Of a stretch of DNA of 64,000 nt, positions 45,752 through 55,427 are shown one piece after another (position 1 is the first letter of the stretch; each line of letters opens with the position of its first letter). A program made the position numbers and the translations under genes. The notes under the pieces were generated by a model. The model was not told where the DNA came from. It searched no databases and was given only the letters and a program-made list of their open reading frames with translations. Source of the DNA: an uncultured Chloroflexia bacterium (GTDB lineage Bacteria > Chloroflexota > Limnocylindria > QHBO01); the NCBI GenBank assembly GCA_963825525.1, contig CAWGTN010000002.1:393021-457020 (forward strand), read 5' to 3'.

Positions 45752-46361
45752 CGATCAGGACCCGCGTGATGGGAGCGGAGAGGCCAAGGAGCGCGCGCAG
45801 GGGGCTGCCCGGCAGGAAGATGAGGAGCAGGAGCACGATCACGCCATACGGTGCGTACCGCGCGATGAGCATCGCCTGCGGCGCCGGCAGATAGGCGAGG
45901 GCCACGTTGTAGCCGTCCAGCGGCGGGATCGGGAGCAGGTTGAAGATCGCCAGCAGGATGTTCAGCTGGACGATCAGCGCGACGAGGTTCGGCCCGAAGC
46001 CACCTTCGGCGCCCGACAGCGTGATGACGCGGTAGATGACCGCGAAGACGATGGCGACCGCGACATTGGCGAGCGGCCCTGCGAACGCGACCGTGGCCAT
46101 CGAGCGTCGGCCGCCGCGCAATGCGGCGGGGTTGACCATGACAGGCTTTGCCCAGCCGAAGCCCGCGAACACGAGCATCAGCGCCCCGATCGGGTCGACG
46201 TGGGCGATCGGATTGAGCGTCAGGCGGCCCATCGCACGCGGCCGATGGTCTCCCAGCTCATCGGCAACGAACGCGTGACTGAACTCGTGGAATGTCAGCC
46301 CCACCAACAGGGCCACCGCCCCGGCGATCAGCCGCTCGAGCGAGATGTCGCCGAACAGCAT
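45744..46361 (-). CDS. site-2 protease (M50) family membrane protein, short form
   Basis: HEFSH motif; about six TM segments. Confidence 0.8.
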   Translation of the reverse strand: MLFGDISLERLIAGAVALLVGLTFHEFSHAFVADELGDHRPRAMGRLTLNPIAHVDPIGALMLVFAGFGWAKPVMVNPAALRGGRRSMATVAFAGPLANVAVAIVFAVIYRVITLSGAEGGFGPNLVALIVQLNILLAIFNLLPIPPLDGYNVALAYLPAPQAMLIARYAPYGVIVLLLLIFLPGSPLRALLGLSAPITRVLIGA

Positions 46362-47245
46362 CAGACCAGCCGCGGAAGCAGGTCGCCCAGCAGCGTTACG
46401 AGCCGACCGGCACCCAGGCGACCCATCTCGATCACCTCGGCGTGCGTTGCGCCTTCCACCACGTCGTCCGTCGCCTTGTTCGTGATGAGGCTGAAGCCCA
46501 GGACCGTGCGGTCGGCATGCCGCGCCACCTCCGTCTCATGTGCCGTGCTCATCCCGACGGCATCCGCCCCCAGCCCGCGCAGCATCCGCATCTCGGCCCT
46601 CGTCTCGTAGGCGGGTCCCGAGAGCATGACGTACACCCCCTGGCGCAGCGGCACCCCGGTTGCGTCCGCGGCGGCGAGGGCGGCGGACCGCAGCTCGGGA
46701 TCGTATGCGTCCGTCATGGGTGGGAAGCGTGGCCCAAAGCGGTCGAGGTTCGGGCCGAGGAGCGGGTTCTCGCCCGACAGGTTGATGTGATCGGTGATCA
46801 GCATCACGTCCCCAGGCTCGAAATCGGGATCGAGACCGCCGGCGGCGTTGGTGAGCACCACGATGTCGGCGCCGAGCGCGATCACGGCCCGCAGCAGGAT
46901 GGTCGCCTCCCGATGGGAGTAGCCCTCGTACGGATGTGCTCGGCCCGAGAGCACCATGACCGGCATCTCTCCCACCGTACCGGCGATCAGCTCACCGGCG
47001 TGGCCCTCGACGCCAGCGGGAGGGAGGTGCGGAATCTCACGGTACGGGATCCGCTGTCGTCCTTCGGGAGCGAGGAGCTCGGAAACGCCGCCGAGGCCCG
47101 AACCGAGGACCGCCACGACACGCGGGCGTGCCAGGGCCGGGGTTGCCGTGAGCCGCTCCTCGATCGCCTCGCTGGCCTCGCGGATCCGCCGATCGAGCTC
47201 GGGACCGTGGATCCCGTCGGGAAGCGCGCCGAGGTCCGTCACCAC
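46361..47245 (-). CDS. purine nucleoside phosphorylase (PNP/MTAP family)
   Basis: Motifs VLGSGLGG and GMSTAHE. Confidence 0.85.
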   Translation of the reverse strand: MVTDLGALPDGIHGPELDRRIREASEAIEERLTATPALARPRVVAVLGSGLGGVSELLAPEGRQRIPYREIPHLPPAGVEGHAGELIAGTVGEMPVMVLSGRAHPYEGYSHREATILLRAVIALGADIVVLTNAAGGLDPDFEPGDVMLITDHINLSGENPLLGPNLDRFGPRFPPMTDAYDPELRSAALAAADATGVPLRQGVYVMLSGPAYETRAEMRMLRGLGADAVGMSTAHETEVARHADRTVLGFSLITNKATDDVVEGATHAEVIEMGRLGAGRLVTLLGDLLPRLV

Positions 47246-47249
47246 CCGG

Positions 47250-48053
47250 CTACATCCGCTCCAGCAGATCGCGTTTCTTGGCCTCGTATTCGTCGGACGT
47301 GATGAGGCCCTTGTCGCGCAGGCCGGCCAGGCGTTCGAGCGTCACCGCGAGCTCATCCGCCGGGCTGCGCGGCTCTGCCGGCGCGGTGAGCGGGGCACTC
47401 GGATCGGCCGTGGGTGCAGCCTCGCTGTCGTGCACCGCCACGCGATCCGACCCCGCCCGCGGGGCCATCGGCTCGGCTCGCTGCATCTCGGCCACGGCAG
47501 CCGTGGACTGGTAGCGGGGGCGGGCGAGGTCCGGGCGCTCAAGCATTTCCTTCTGGTCGAGCATCGCCTTCTTGAACTCGATCGGGTCGGCGATCATCGG
47601 GAAATCGGCGACGTTCGAGCCGCTCACGGCCTCCTCGGCAGCCGTCAGGATGTCGAGCGTGCCGAAGCCGAAGATGCGCCCGAAGACACTCTGGTCGAGC
47701 CGCGCGTCGTTGATCTTCTCGAGGCTGGAGTCGGACATGCTCTTGTTCAGGACGCCTTCGGCCCGGATGACGCGGCGAGTGGTGATCAGCCACTCCTGGT
47801 TGCGCCAGTCCCAGAACACGAAGGCCACCCAGGCCGCCGCTCCGATGAGTGTCGCGACCGCGATGATGGTCAGGATGCCGTCGACGGTTTCGTTGGCCAC
47901 CACGCCGTTCGAGCCCATCCACAGGATGAGCGCCAGCGCCACGATGGCGAGCACGATCCACAGCCACGTCCGCGCGATGACCGCAAACCAGTGCTGGCGG
48001 CTCTCGTGGACGACCTCTTCCCCGCGACTCAGGAGGTTCCGGGCGTAACTCAT
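47250..48053 (-). CDS. membrane PH-domain (bPH_2/YdbT-like) protein with C-terminal SHOCT domain
   Basis: Two N-terminal TM helices; C-terminal LITSDEYEAKKRDLL. Confidence 0.75.
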   Translation of the reverse strand: MSYARNLLSRGEEVVHESRQHWFAVIARTWLWIVLAIVALALILWMGSNGVVANETVDGILTIIAVATLIGAAAWVAFVFWDWRNQEWLITTRRVIRAEGVLNKSMSDSSLEKINDARLDQSVFGRIFGFGTLDILTAAEEAVSGSNVADFPMIADPIEFKKAMLDQKEMLERPDLARPRYQSTAAVAEMQRAEPMAPRAGSDRVAVHDSEAAPTADPSAPLTAPAEPRSPADELAVTLERLAGLRDKGLITSDEYEAKKRDLLERM

Positions 48054-48073
48054 CGGCTTGGTGCGCTCCGCTT

Positions 48074-48997
48074 TCAGGCTCTCGGATGGGCCCGCGAGTA
48101 GACCTCGCGGACACGCTCGCCGGTCAGGTGGGTGTAGAGCTGGGTGGTGCTGATGCTAGCATGGCCGAGCAGCGCCTGGACCACTCGCAGATCCGCTCCG
48201 CCTTCGAGCAGATGGGTCGCGAAACTGTGGCGAAACGTGTGCGGAGTCACGTGGCCGCCCACCCCCGCGGCCTCTGTCCAGCGCCGGACCAGCCGCCACA
48301 CCGACTCACGACCCACCCGCGTGCCGCGCGGCCCCACGAAGACCGCCGGCGTCGGTCGCCCCGCCGTCCACTCGGTGCGCGGTCCTGACCGATAGCGGTG
48401 CAACCGCTCGCGCGCTTCGTCCCCCATCGGCACCCGCCGTTCCTTGTTGCCCTTGCCGATGACCCGCACCTGCTGGCTCGCGAGATCAACGCGATCGGTG
48501 TCCAGCCCCACGAGCTCGCTGACCCGCAGCCCGCACGCGTACAGCAGCTCCATGATCGCCCGGTCCCGGATGCCCATCGGATCATCGGCCGGCGGGGCAT
48601 CCAGGATGCGCACCACGTCGTCCGGTGCGAGGACATCCGGCAGGTAGCTGCCCGGGCGCGGCGCGTCGACGAGGGCGGGCACGTCGCGGGTCGCCAGGCC
48701 CTCACGCAGGGCGAACCGATAGAAGCTGCGCACGGCGGCACTCTTGCGCGCCTGGGTGCTCCCACGCGCTCCCTGTTCCTGAAGCCTCCGCACGAACTCG
48801 ACGAGCGGCCCGGAATCGTCGCGCCAGCGCGTCTCGGCTCGCTCGCCAAACTGCGCGAGATCGCGTCGATAGGCCGCGATGGTCAATGGCGACAGGCCCC
48901 GCTCGACCCGCAGCTCCAGCAGGAATGCCTCGATCGCCGATTCAAGGGCCGGATCGAGGGCCGGGTCAACGGCCAGGTCGGGCGCCGAGTCAGGCAT
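48074..48997 (-). CDS. xerD: site-specific tyrosine recombinase XerD
   Basis: ATG at 48997; catalytic motifs ...HTFRHSFATHLLEGGADLR...LGHASISTTQLYTH. Confidence 0.85.
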   Translation of the reverse strand: MPDSAPDLAVDPALDPALESAIEAFLLELRVERGLSPLTIAAYRRDLAQFGERAETRWRDDSGPLVEFVRRLQEQGARGSTQARKSAAVRSFYRFALREGLATRDVPALVDAPRPGSYLPDVLAPDDVVRILDAPPADDPMGIRDRAIMELLYACGLRVSELVGLDTDRVDLASQQVRVIGKGNKERRVPMGDEARERLHRYRSGPRTEWTAGRPTPAVFVGPRGTRVGRESVWRLVRRWTEAAGVGGHVTPHTFRHSFATHLLEGGADLRVVQALLGHASISTTQLYTHLTGERVREVYSRAHPRA

Positions 48998-50663
48998 CGA
49001 CGCCGGCTGTCGCCGCCGCCCGCAGCAGCGCATCGGCGGCGGCCCGCGCCTCGGTGCCCGGTTCAGCTCCCCCGAGCATGGCGGCGAGCTCCGCGGCGCG
49101 TGCCGGCCGGTCGAGAACCTCGGCATACGTCGTGGTGCGGTCGCCTCGAATTCGCTTTCCGACAACGATGTGTGTGTCTGCCAGTGCCGCGACCTGCGGC
49201 AGGTGGGTCACGCACAGCACCTGGTGATAGCGGCTCAGGGCGCGCAATCGCTCTCCCAGGGCCGCGGCATTTCGGCCACCAACACCAGCATCGACTTCGT
49301 CGAACACCAGCAGCGGCGTATCGTCCGCGGCGGCCAGCACGACCTCGAGAGCCAGTGACAGGCGGCTTGCCTCGCCTCCCGACGCGATCCGGGCCAGCGG
49401 ACGAGGCGGCTCACCTCGATTCGGCGCGAAGGTGAACACGACTCGATCCGCGCCGTCGGGTCCGACGTCGGATGCTTCCCGATCGATCCCGAATGCCCCG
49501 CCTTCGATGCCCAGTGGAGGCAGCTCGGCATTGACGTGCGCGCTCAACCGGGTGGCCGCTTCGACTCGAGCGGCCGACAGCCCCTCGGCCGCGGCGGACA
49601 GCTCCGATCGACGCGCGGCCTCCTCGACGCGCAGGCGCTCGCGCGCCCCTTCCTGGTTCTCGAGTGCCTCGAGCTCGGCCGCCGCCGCGTCGCCGAACGC
49701 CACCACCGCCTCGAGCGACTCGCCGTACTTGCGGCGCAGCTCGTAGAGGAGCGCGAGCCGCTCCTCTGCCGCTGCCCGGCTCCCCGGGTCGAGATCCACC
49801 GCCTCTGCCAGGCCGCTGGCATCGCGCGCCAGCTCCGCTGCCTCGGCCACCAGCGCCGACGCGCGATCGACCAGGGGTACGAAGCGCTCGTCGTGCTGCG
49901 CCGCGGTCGCCAGGTCGCGTTCGGCGGCGCCCAGGACATCGGTGGCGCCGGAATCCTCGCGCAGCGCCGCAGCGGCCGAGGTCGCCGAGCGGGCGATCGT
50001 TTCCGCATGCTCGGCAGCGCGCAGCTGCGCCTCGAGCTCCGCGTCCTCGCCGATCCGGGGGGCCGCCGCGCCTATCTCCTCGGCCTGGTGGCGCAGCAGC
50101 TCAACGCGGCGTGCCAGCTCGTGGGCATCGGTCAGCAGTTCGGCGGAGGCAGCCACGGTTGCCCGCCACGCCCGGAATCGATCACTCACCACGGCCCGGG
50201 CGGCGTCGAGGCCGCCGAATCCGTCAAGCAGGGCCAGCTGGCGGGCCGGCTGCAGAAGGCGCTGCTGGTCGTGCTGGCCGTGGATCTCGCCGAGATGCGC
50301 CCCGATGGCGGCCAACCCCCCGACCGTGACGGTCCGGTCGTTGACCCTCACGATCGAGCGACCGTCCGCACCCACCTCGCGGCGAATGACGACGCTCCCC
50401 TCTCCCGCCGCGACCACATCATGCATGGCGTGGTCGTCGGGCATTGCCGGCGCGTCGAAGATCGCCTCGACCCGCGCCGCATCCGTCCCGGAGCGCACCT
50501 GGTCGGTGGCAGCTCGGGCGCCGAGCACGAGTGCCACGGCATCGACCACCAACGACTTACCCGCGCCGGTCTCGCCGGTCAGGACCGTGAAGCCGTCGCG
50601 AAGTGGCAGCCGTACCGATTCCACGACCGCCAGGTTCTCTACGGTCAGCTCACGAAGTGCCAT
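48990..50663 (-). CDS. recN: DNA repair protein RecN
   Basis: 557 aa; N-terminal Walker A GETGAGKS and C-terminal signature region. Confidence 0.9.
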   Translation of the reverse strand: MALRELTVENLAVVESVRLPLRDGFTVLTGETGAGKSLVVDAVALVLGARAATDQVRSGTDAARVEAIFDAPAMPDDHAMHDVVAAGEGSVVIRREVGADGRSIVRVNDRTVTVGGLAAIGAHLGEIHGQHDQQRLLQPARQLALLDGFGGLDAARAVVSDRFRAWRATVAASAELLTDAHELARRVELLRHQAEEIGAAAPRIGEDAELEAQLRAAEHAETIARSATSAAAALREDSGATDVLGAAERDLATAAQHDERFVPLVDRASALVAEAAELARDASGLAEAVDLDPGSRAAAEERLALLYELRRKYGESLEAVVAFGDAAAAELEALENQEGARERLRVEEAARRSELSAAAEGLSAARVEAATRLSAHVNAELPPLGIEGGAFGIDREASDVGPDGADRVVFTFAPNRGEPPRPLARIASGGEASRLSLALEVVLAAADDTPLLVFDEVDAGVGGRNAAALGERLRALSRYHQVLCVTHLPQVAALADTHIVVGKRIRGDRTTTYAEVLDRPARAAELAAMLGGAEPGTEARAAADALLRAAATAGVDA

Positions 50664-51514
50664 CAGTACGGCAGCAACCCTGCCTTCGTGCGCAGCAGGT
50701 CGTAGAACGGAGTCGCACCGGTCGGCTCGAGCAACCTGAGGGGCTCGGCAAGGGCCCGAACGTCAACGCGATCCCCCGGATGCAGCTCCTCGTCCCACTG
50801 CCCGTCGATGCTGACGATGGCGGGGTCCGCCGCCTCTCGCAGGGTCAGGGTCACGACCTGGTCCTCGCCCGCCACCACGCTGTGGAGTGGGGAGAGATAG
50901 CTCGCCACCGGCGTGATGATCATGTTGCGCAGCCGGGGGTCGAGAATCGATCCGCCGGCGCTGAAGCTGTAGGCGGTCGAGCCGGTTGGTGTGGCGACCA
51001 CGACGGCATCGGCGACGTAGGTCGCCAGGTGGCTGCCCGAGACCTCCACCTCGAGCCGGATCATCCGAACGCGACGCCCCCTGGCCACGACGACCTCGTT
51101 CAGGCAGGCGTGGCTGGCGCCGGCCGATCCATCGGCGTGCACGATGGACGCCTCGATCCGAAACCGCTCCTCGATCGAGAAGTCGCCGCTGGCGACCTGG
51201 TCGAGCGCGCCCTCGAGACCCTCGGTCTCGACCTTGGCCAGGAAGCCAACACGGCCGAGGTTGATGCCCAGGGCCGGGACGCCGGTCTCGCCGATCGCCC
51301 GGGCACCACGCAGGAACGTGCCGTCACCCCCCAGCACGCAGACGAGATCCGTCCCGGCGCCGCACCCCGCCTCGATCACGTCGCGGTCCTCCGCCCGGGC
51401 ATCCCAGGCGTCGACGCCATGGGCGGCACACCACTGGTGGGCTCGTTCGAGAACGGCTCGAGCCTCCGCGTTGTACGGGTTGAAGACGAAGCCGATGCGC
51501 CGCAGGTCCATCAA
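50663..51514 (-). CDS. nadK: NAD(+) kinase
   Basis: Motifs GGDGT and ...ATPTGSTAYS... Confidence 0.9.
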   Translation of the reverse strand: MMDLRRIGFVFNPYNAEARAVLERAHQWCAAHGVDAWDARAEDRDVIEAGCGAGTDLVCVLGGDGTFLRGARAIGETGVPALGINLGRVGFLAKVETEGLEGALDQVASGDFSIEERFRIEASIVHADGSAGASHACLNEVVVARGRRVRMIRLEVEVSGSHLATYVADAVVVATPTGSTAYSFSAGGSILDPRLRNMIITPVASYLSPLHSVVAGEDQVVTLTLREAADPAIVSIDGQWDEELHPGDRVDVRALAEPLRLLEPTGATPFYDLLRTKAGLLPY

Positions 51515-51762
51515 CCCTCCTGGCCCGCGTCGCTACCGCGCAGCAGACGAGCGAGAGCGTCGATCCGCTCGGTGAGCGCCGCGAGCTCGGTCGAGACCTC
51601 CCGCGGGCCAGCGCCCTCGCGAACCGCCGCGTACGAGCGGTCGAGCCCCGCGGCGATCAGGGCTCGCATCAGGCTGGATGGCGACACGCCGCGAATCCTG
51701 GCGGCCTCCTCGACCCGCTCGAGCAGGGCGTCGGGCATGCGGAGGCTGACGATCTGGCGCAT
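51511..51762 (-). CDS. ribbon-helix-helix (CopG-like) domain protein, hypothetical; start uncertain (alternative GTG at 51798)
   Basis: Product begins MRQIVSLRMPDALLERVEEAARIRGVSPSSLMRALIAAGL. Confidence 0.4.
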   Translation of the reverse strand: MRQIVSLRMPDALLERVEEAARIRGVSPSSLMRALIAAGLDRSYAAVREGAGPREVSTELAALTERIDALARLLRGSDAGQEG

Positions 51763-51904
51763 CGTGTCAGGCGCGGGCTCGTGGACGGGCGGCTCCACGA
51801 CCTCGATTCCCTCGAAGCCGATGCCGAGCTGCTCGATCGGCGGCGACGCCGCGGCTCTGCGCTTCACCCCGTGATCGTAGTACGCGCGTCGTACAGCCGT
51901 GGCC

Positions 51905-52684
51905 TCAGGTCGTCTCGACCATCTTGAGGATCCACTCCGCCCACTCGTCGTCATCGCCTGGCTGGGTCCGCAGCTCCACGAGAAACTCGACGTTGCCGTC
52001 CGCGCCGGTGATCGGCGAGCGGATCACGTTCCAGGGATGGAGATCAACGTCCTCGGCCGCAGACGCCACGTCGCGCAGGACACGCTCCCAGACCGCCCGA
52101 TCGCGGACCACGCCCCCGCGCGGGACGTCATCGCGGCCGGCTTCGAACTGGGGCTTGACCAGGGCCACGACGCGGGCCCGATCGGCCATCAACGCTCGCA
52201 CTGCCGGAAAGACGAGCGCCAGGCCGATGAAACTCAGATCCAGCGTCACCAGGTCGATCGGCTCAGGAAGCTGACGGAGCTCGCGAAGGTTCGTGCGCTC
52301 CATGCTCACGACCCGCGGGTCGTCGCGCAGGCGCTGGATGAGCTGGGCTCGGCCCACGTCCACGGCGTAGACCACCCGGGCGCCCCGGGCAAGCAGAACG
52401 TCGGTGAAGCCGCCGGTCGATGCGCCGGCATCCAGGGTTGCCAGCCCGGTCGGGTCGATGGCGAAGGCATCCAGCGCACGATCGAGCTTCGCCCCCGCTC
52501 GACTGGCCCAGCGGGGCTTCTCGGCGATCGTCACCTCGGCATCGCTCGCCACGAGCTGTCCGGGCTTCAGGCGTCGTGTCCCGCCGAGCTCGACGTCCCC
52601 GGCATGGATGAGCGATTGCGCTTCAGCCCGCGAGCGCGCGAGGCCACGTTCGTGAAGCAGCTGGTCGAGGCGCAGACGAGGCAT
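51905..52684 (-). CDS. tlyA: TlyA family rRNA (cytidine-2'-O)-methyltransferase
   Basis: S4-like RLDQLLHERGLARSR; FtsJ fold motif LDAGASTGGFT. Confidence 0.9.
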   Translation of the reverse strand: MPRLRLDQLLHERGLARSRAEAQSLIHAGDVELGGTRRLKPGQLVASDAEVTIAEKPRWASRAGAKLDRALDAFAIDPTGLATLDAGASTGGFTDVLLARGARVVYAVDVGRAQLIQRLRDDPRVVSMERTNLRELRQLPEPIDLVTLDLSFIGLALVFPAVRALMADRARVVALVKPQFEAGRDDVPRGGVVRDRAVWERVLRDVASAAEDVDLHPWNVIRSPITGADGNVEFLVELRTQPGDDDEWAEWILKMVETT

Positions 52685-52690
52685 GCTGCG

Positions 52691-54646
52691 CTACGCGGCG
52701 GGAATCCTGGCGTTGCGCTTTGGCGGTGCATGCTCTGAGCCGAGCGCCTCGCGAACCTGCGCCAGGATGCCCGGCGCATCGATTCGCTGCTGGGCTCGCA
52801 GGTCCGTGACGGCGCCGTGGTGCACGAAGCCATCGGCCAGCGCGATCTTCCGGACCGGGACGCGGATGCCAGCCTGGTTGAGCGTGTCGAGCACCCCGTC
52901 ACCGAACCCACCTGCCGCGGCCGATTCCTCTGCTGTGACGACAAGCCGCTTCCCGGCGGCGTGCTCGACGATCAGGGCCTCGTCGAGCGGCTTGGCCCAG
53001 CGCGCGTTGATGACGGCGGCCGCGACGCCGTCCTGCTCGAGCGCATCGGCCACCGCGAGAAGGCGCTGCACGATCGGGCCGAATCCCACGAGGAGGACAT
53101 CGTCCCCGGAGCGAAGGAGCTCACCGCGTCCGATCTCGAGCTGGGTGCCCTCGCGATCGTCGAGGTCCTCGCCAGCGTCGCGGGGATAGAGCAGCGCCGC
53201 CGGACCGCCGTGGGCGTGTGCCGTCACCAGCAGATCCCGCAGCTCCTGTTCGTCCTTTGGTGACCCGATGACCAGGTTCGGCAACGAGCGCATTGCCGGC
53301 AGCATGAACATGCCCTGGTGACTTGTTCCGTCCTCGCCGACCAGCCCCGATCGGTCGAGCCCCAGGATCACCGGCAGGTCGTTCTGGCAGACGTCATGGA
53401 CCAGCCCGTCATAGGCGCGCTGGCTGAACGTGGAGTACAGCGCAACCACGGGCCGCATTCCGGCAAGCGCCATTCCGGCGGCCATCGTCACCGCGTGCTG
53501 CTCAGCGATCCCGACGTCATGGAAGCGACGTGGATAGTTGTCCGCAAAACGTGAAAGGCCGGTGCCCGTTGGCATGCCGGCGGTGATCGCCAGGACGCGA
53601 TCATCCGTTCCCCCGAGCCGGACGAGCTCCTCGACAAAGGTCTGCGTGTAGGACTTCGGCTTCCGCTTCCCGTTGCCCTCGGGCGGAAGTGGCTCCTCGG
53701 TGGGATCGATGAGGCACAGGTCGATCGGCGGCAGGCTGGCGCCATGGAAGCTCATCGAGTCTTCCTCCGCCGGTGCGTATCCCTTGCCCTTGACGGTCTT
53801 GACGTGCACCAGAACGGGAGCGCGGAGGTGGAACGCGGCCTCGAAGGCGGCCTCGAGCTCCTCGCGATTGTGACCGTCCAGCACCCCGATATACGTGATG
53901 CCGATGTCCTCGAAGAACCCGACCTTGGCCCAGCTGCGCTTGAACCCCTCCTTGGCCCACGCGAGGAGATCGAACGCCGGCTTGCCGATGAGCGGGATGC
54001 GCGGAAGCGCCCGCTGCGTCACCGACTTCGTCTCCTGATAGGCACGGGACAGCCGCATCTTGTTCAGACGCGTCGAAAGGCCGCCGACTGACGGGCTGAT
54101 GCTCATCTCGTTGTCATTCAGCACGATCAGCAGCGGATGGCGCGTGTGGCCGAGGTGGTTGAGCGCCTCCATGGTCAAGCCCGATCCGATGGCGGCATCG
54201 CCCACGCACACCGCGATCCGCTGGCGCGAGGCCGGTGCGGTTGCCGGGTGCAGGTCCCTGGCCGCCGCCAGCCCGACGCCGATGCTCACGCCGGTGCCGG
54301 CGTGGCCGCCGTCGAACACGTCGTGTTCGCTCTCGCTGCGCCTGGGGAAACCGCCGACTCCATCCAGCTGACGGAGCGTGTCGAATCGGTCCCAGCGGTT
54401 CGTCAGCAACTTGTGCGCGTACGCCTGGTGGCCGGTGTCCCACACGATTCGGTCACGCGGAGAATCCATGGTCCGATGCAGGGCCAGCGTGATCTCGACC
54501 ACGCCCAGGGAGCTTGCGAGGTGCCCGCCGGTCTGATGCACGGTCCGGATCATCTTCTCGCGCAGCTCGTCAGCCAGCGTTTCCAGCTGCTCGGGCGTCA
54601 TGCCGTGCAGCTGTGCCGGGTCGCGGATCGTCTCGAGCAGCGTCAT
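52691..54646 (-). CDS. dxs: 1-deoxy-D-xylulose-5-phosphate synthase
   Basis: ATG at 54646; thiamine diphosphate-binding motifs GGHLASSLGVVE and GDAAIGSG. Confidence 0.9.
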   Translation of the reverse strand: MTLLETIRDPAQLHGMTPEQLETLADELREKMIRTVHQTGGHLASSLGVVEITLALHRTMDSPRDRIVWDTGHQAYAHKLLTNRWDRFDTLRQLDGVGGFPRRSESEHDVFDGGHAGTGVSIGVGLAAARDLHPATAPASRQRIAVCVGDAAIGSGLTMEALNHLGHTRHPLLIVLNDNEMSISPSVGGLSTRLNKMRLSRAYQETKSVTQRALPRIPLIGKPAFDLLAWAKEGFKRSWAKVGFFEDIGITYIGVLDGHNREELEAAFEAAFHLRAPVLVHVKTVKGKGYAPAEEDSMSFHGASLPPIDLCLIDPTEEPLPPEGNGKRKPKSYTQTFVEELVRLGGTDDRVLAITAGMPTGTGLSRFADNYPRRFHDVGIAEQHAVTMAAGMALAGMRPVVALYSTFSQRAYDGLVHDVCQNDLPVILGLDRSGLVGEDGTSHQGMFMLPAMRSLPNLVIGSPKDEQELRDLLVTAHAHGGPAALLYPRDAGEDLDDREGTQLEIGRGELLRSGDDVLLVGFGPIVQRLLAVADALEQDGVAAAVINARWAKPLDEALIVEHAAGKRLVVTAEESAAAGGFGDGVLDTLNQAGIRVPVRKIALADGFVHHGAVTDLRAQQRIDAPGILAQVREALGSEHAPPKRNARIPAA

Positions 54647-54720
54647 CGAAAACCCATGCCTCCAGGATCGAAAAAGTATACGGGCGGTCGCACCGGCACG
54701 CCTGCGGACGGCCGATCCAC

Positions 54721-55158
54721 TCAGACGAGCGACTTCTCGAAGACGTGACTGCGCTTGGTCTCCACGAACCCCATACGTTCGTAAAAGCGATGCGCACGCG
54801 TCCGCGTGCTGCGCGAGCGGACGAGCATCGTGTCGAGGGCATGACCGCGCGCCCATGCCTCGCCGGCCGAGAGCAGCGCCGTCCCGGTGCCCACCGACCG
54901 TGCATCCTCGTCGACCACCAGGCCGGCGATGAGCGCGCGCTCGGGCTCCTCGAGGGTCGCGTGCCGAAGGACGTGGAGCCAGCCGATCGGGCGATCGGCC
55001 TCGTCAGTGGCCACGAGCAGCAGGTGATCGTCACGATCCATGATCGGCTGTGCGCGACGGAGCATCGCCACCGCGTCCACCGGATACCCGAGCTGCGTGG
55101 TCAGCGCAGCGACCGCCGGGGCGTCATCGGCGCGCATGGGTCGGATCCGCGTCGTCAA
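54721..55158 (-). CDS. GNAT family N-acetyltransferase
   Basis: 145 aa; motif ...RSVGTGTALL... plus C-terminal FYERMGF. Confidence 0.8.
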   Translation of the reverse strand: MTTRIRPMRADDAPAVAALTTQLGYPVDAVAMLRRAQPIMDRDDHLLLVATDEADRPIGWLHVLRHATLEEPERALIAGLVVDEDARSVGTGTALLSAGEAWARGHALDTMLVRSRSTRTRAHRFYERMGFVETKRSHVFEKSLV

Positions 55159-55427
55159 GTGGTGGACGCTGGCTCCGCATCGAGCTCCGCGCCGACCACG
55201 CCTCGCCGGCCGAGCTCGGTGATCGTGAGCTCGGCGTCACGCAGCCGGGTCTCGCATGCCGAGTGGAGCCGCAGCCCGCGCTGATAGAGCTCGATGCTCT
55301 CCTCGAGCCCGGCATCACCGCCCTCGAGCCGCTGGACGGTCGCCTGCAGAGCGACCACCAGCTCATCGAAGGGGCGCTTGGCGAGGTCCTCGTCGCTCAG
55401 TCCGTCGAGGGTTGCGTCATCGATCAT
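55155..55427 (-). CDS. xseB: exodeoxyribonuclease VII small subunit
   Basis: 90 aa, helical, immediately downstream of xseA. Confidence 0.85.
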   Translation of the reverse strand: MIDDATLDGLSDEDLAKRPFDELVVALQATVQRLEGGDAGLEESIELYQRGLRLHSACETRLRDAELTITELGRRGVVGAELDAEPASTT

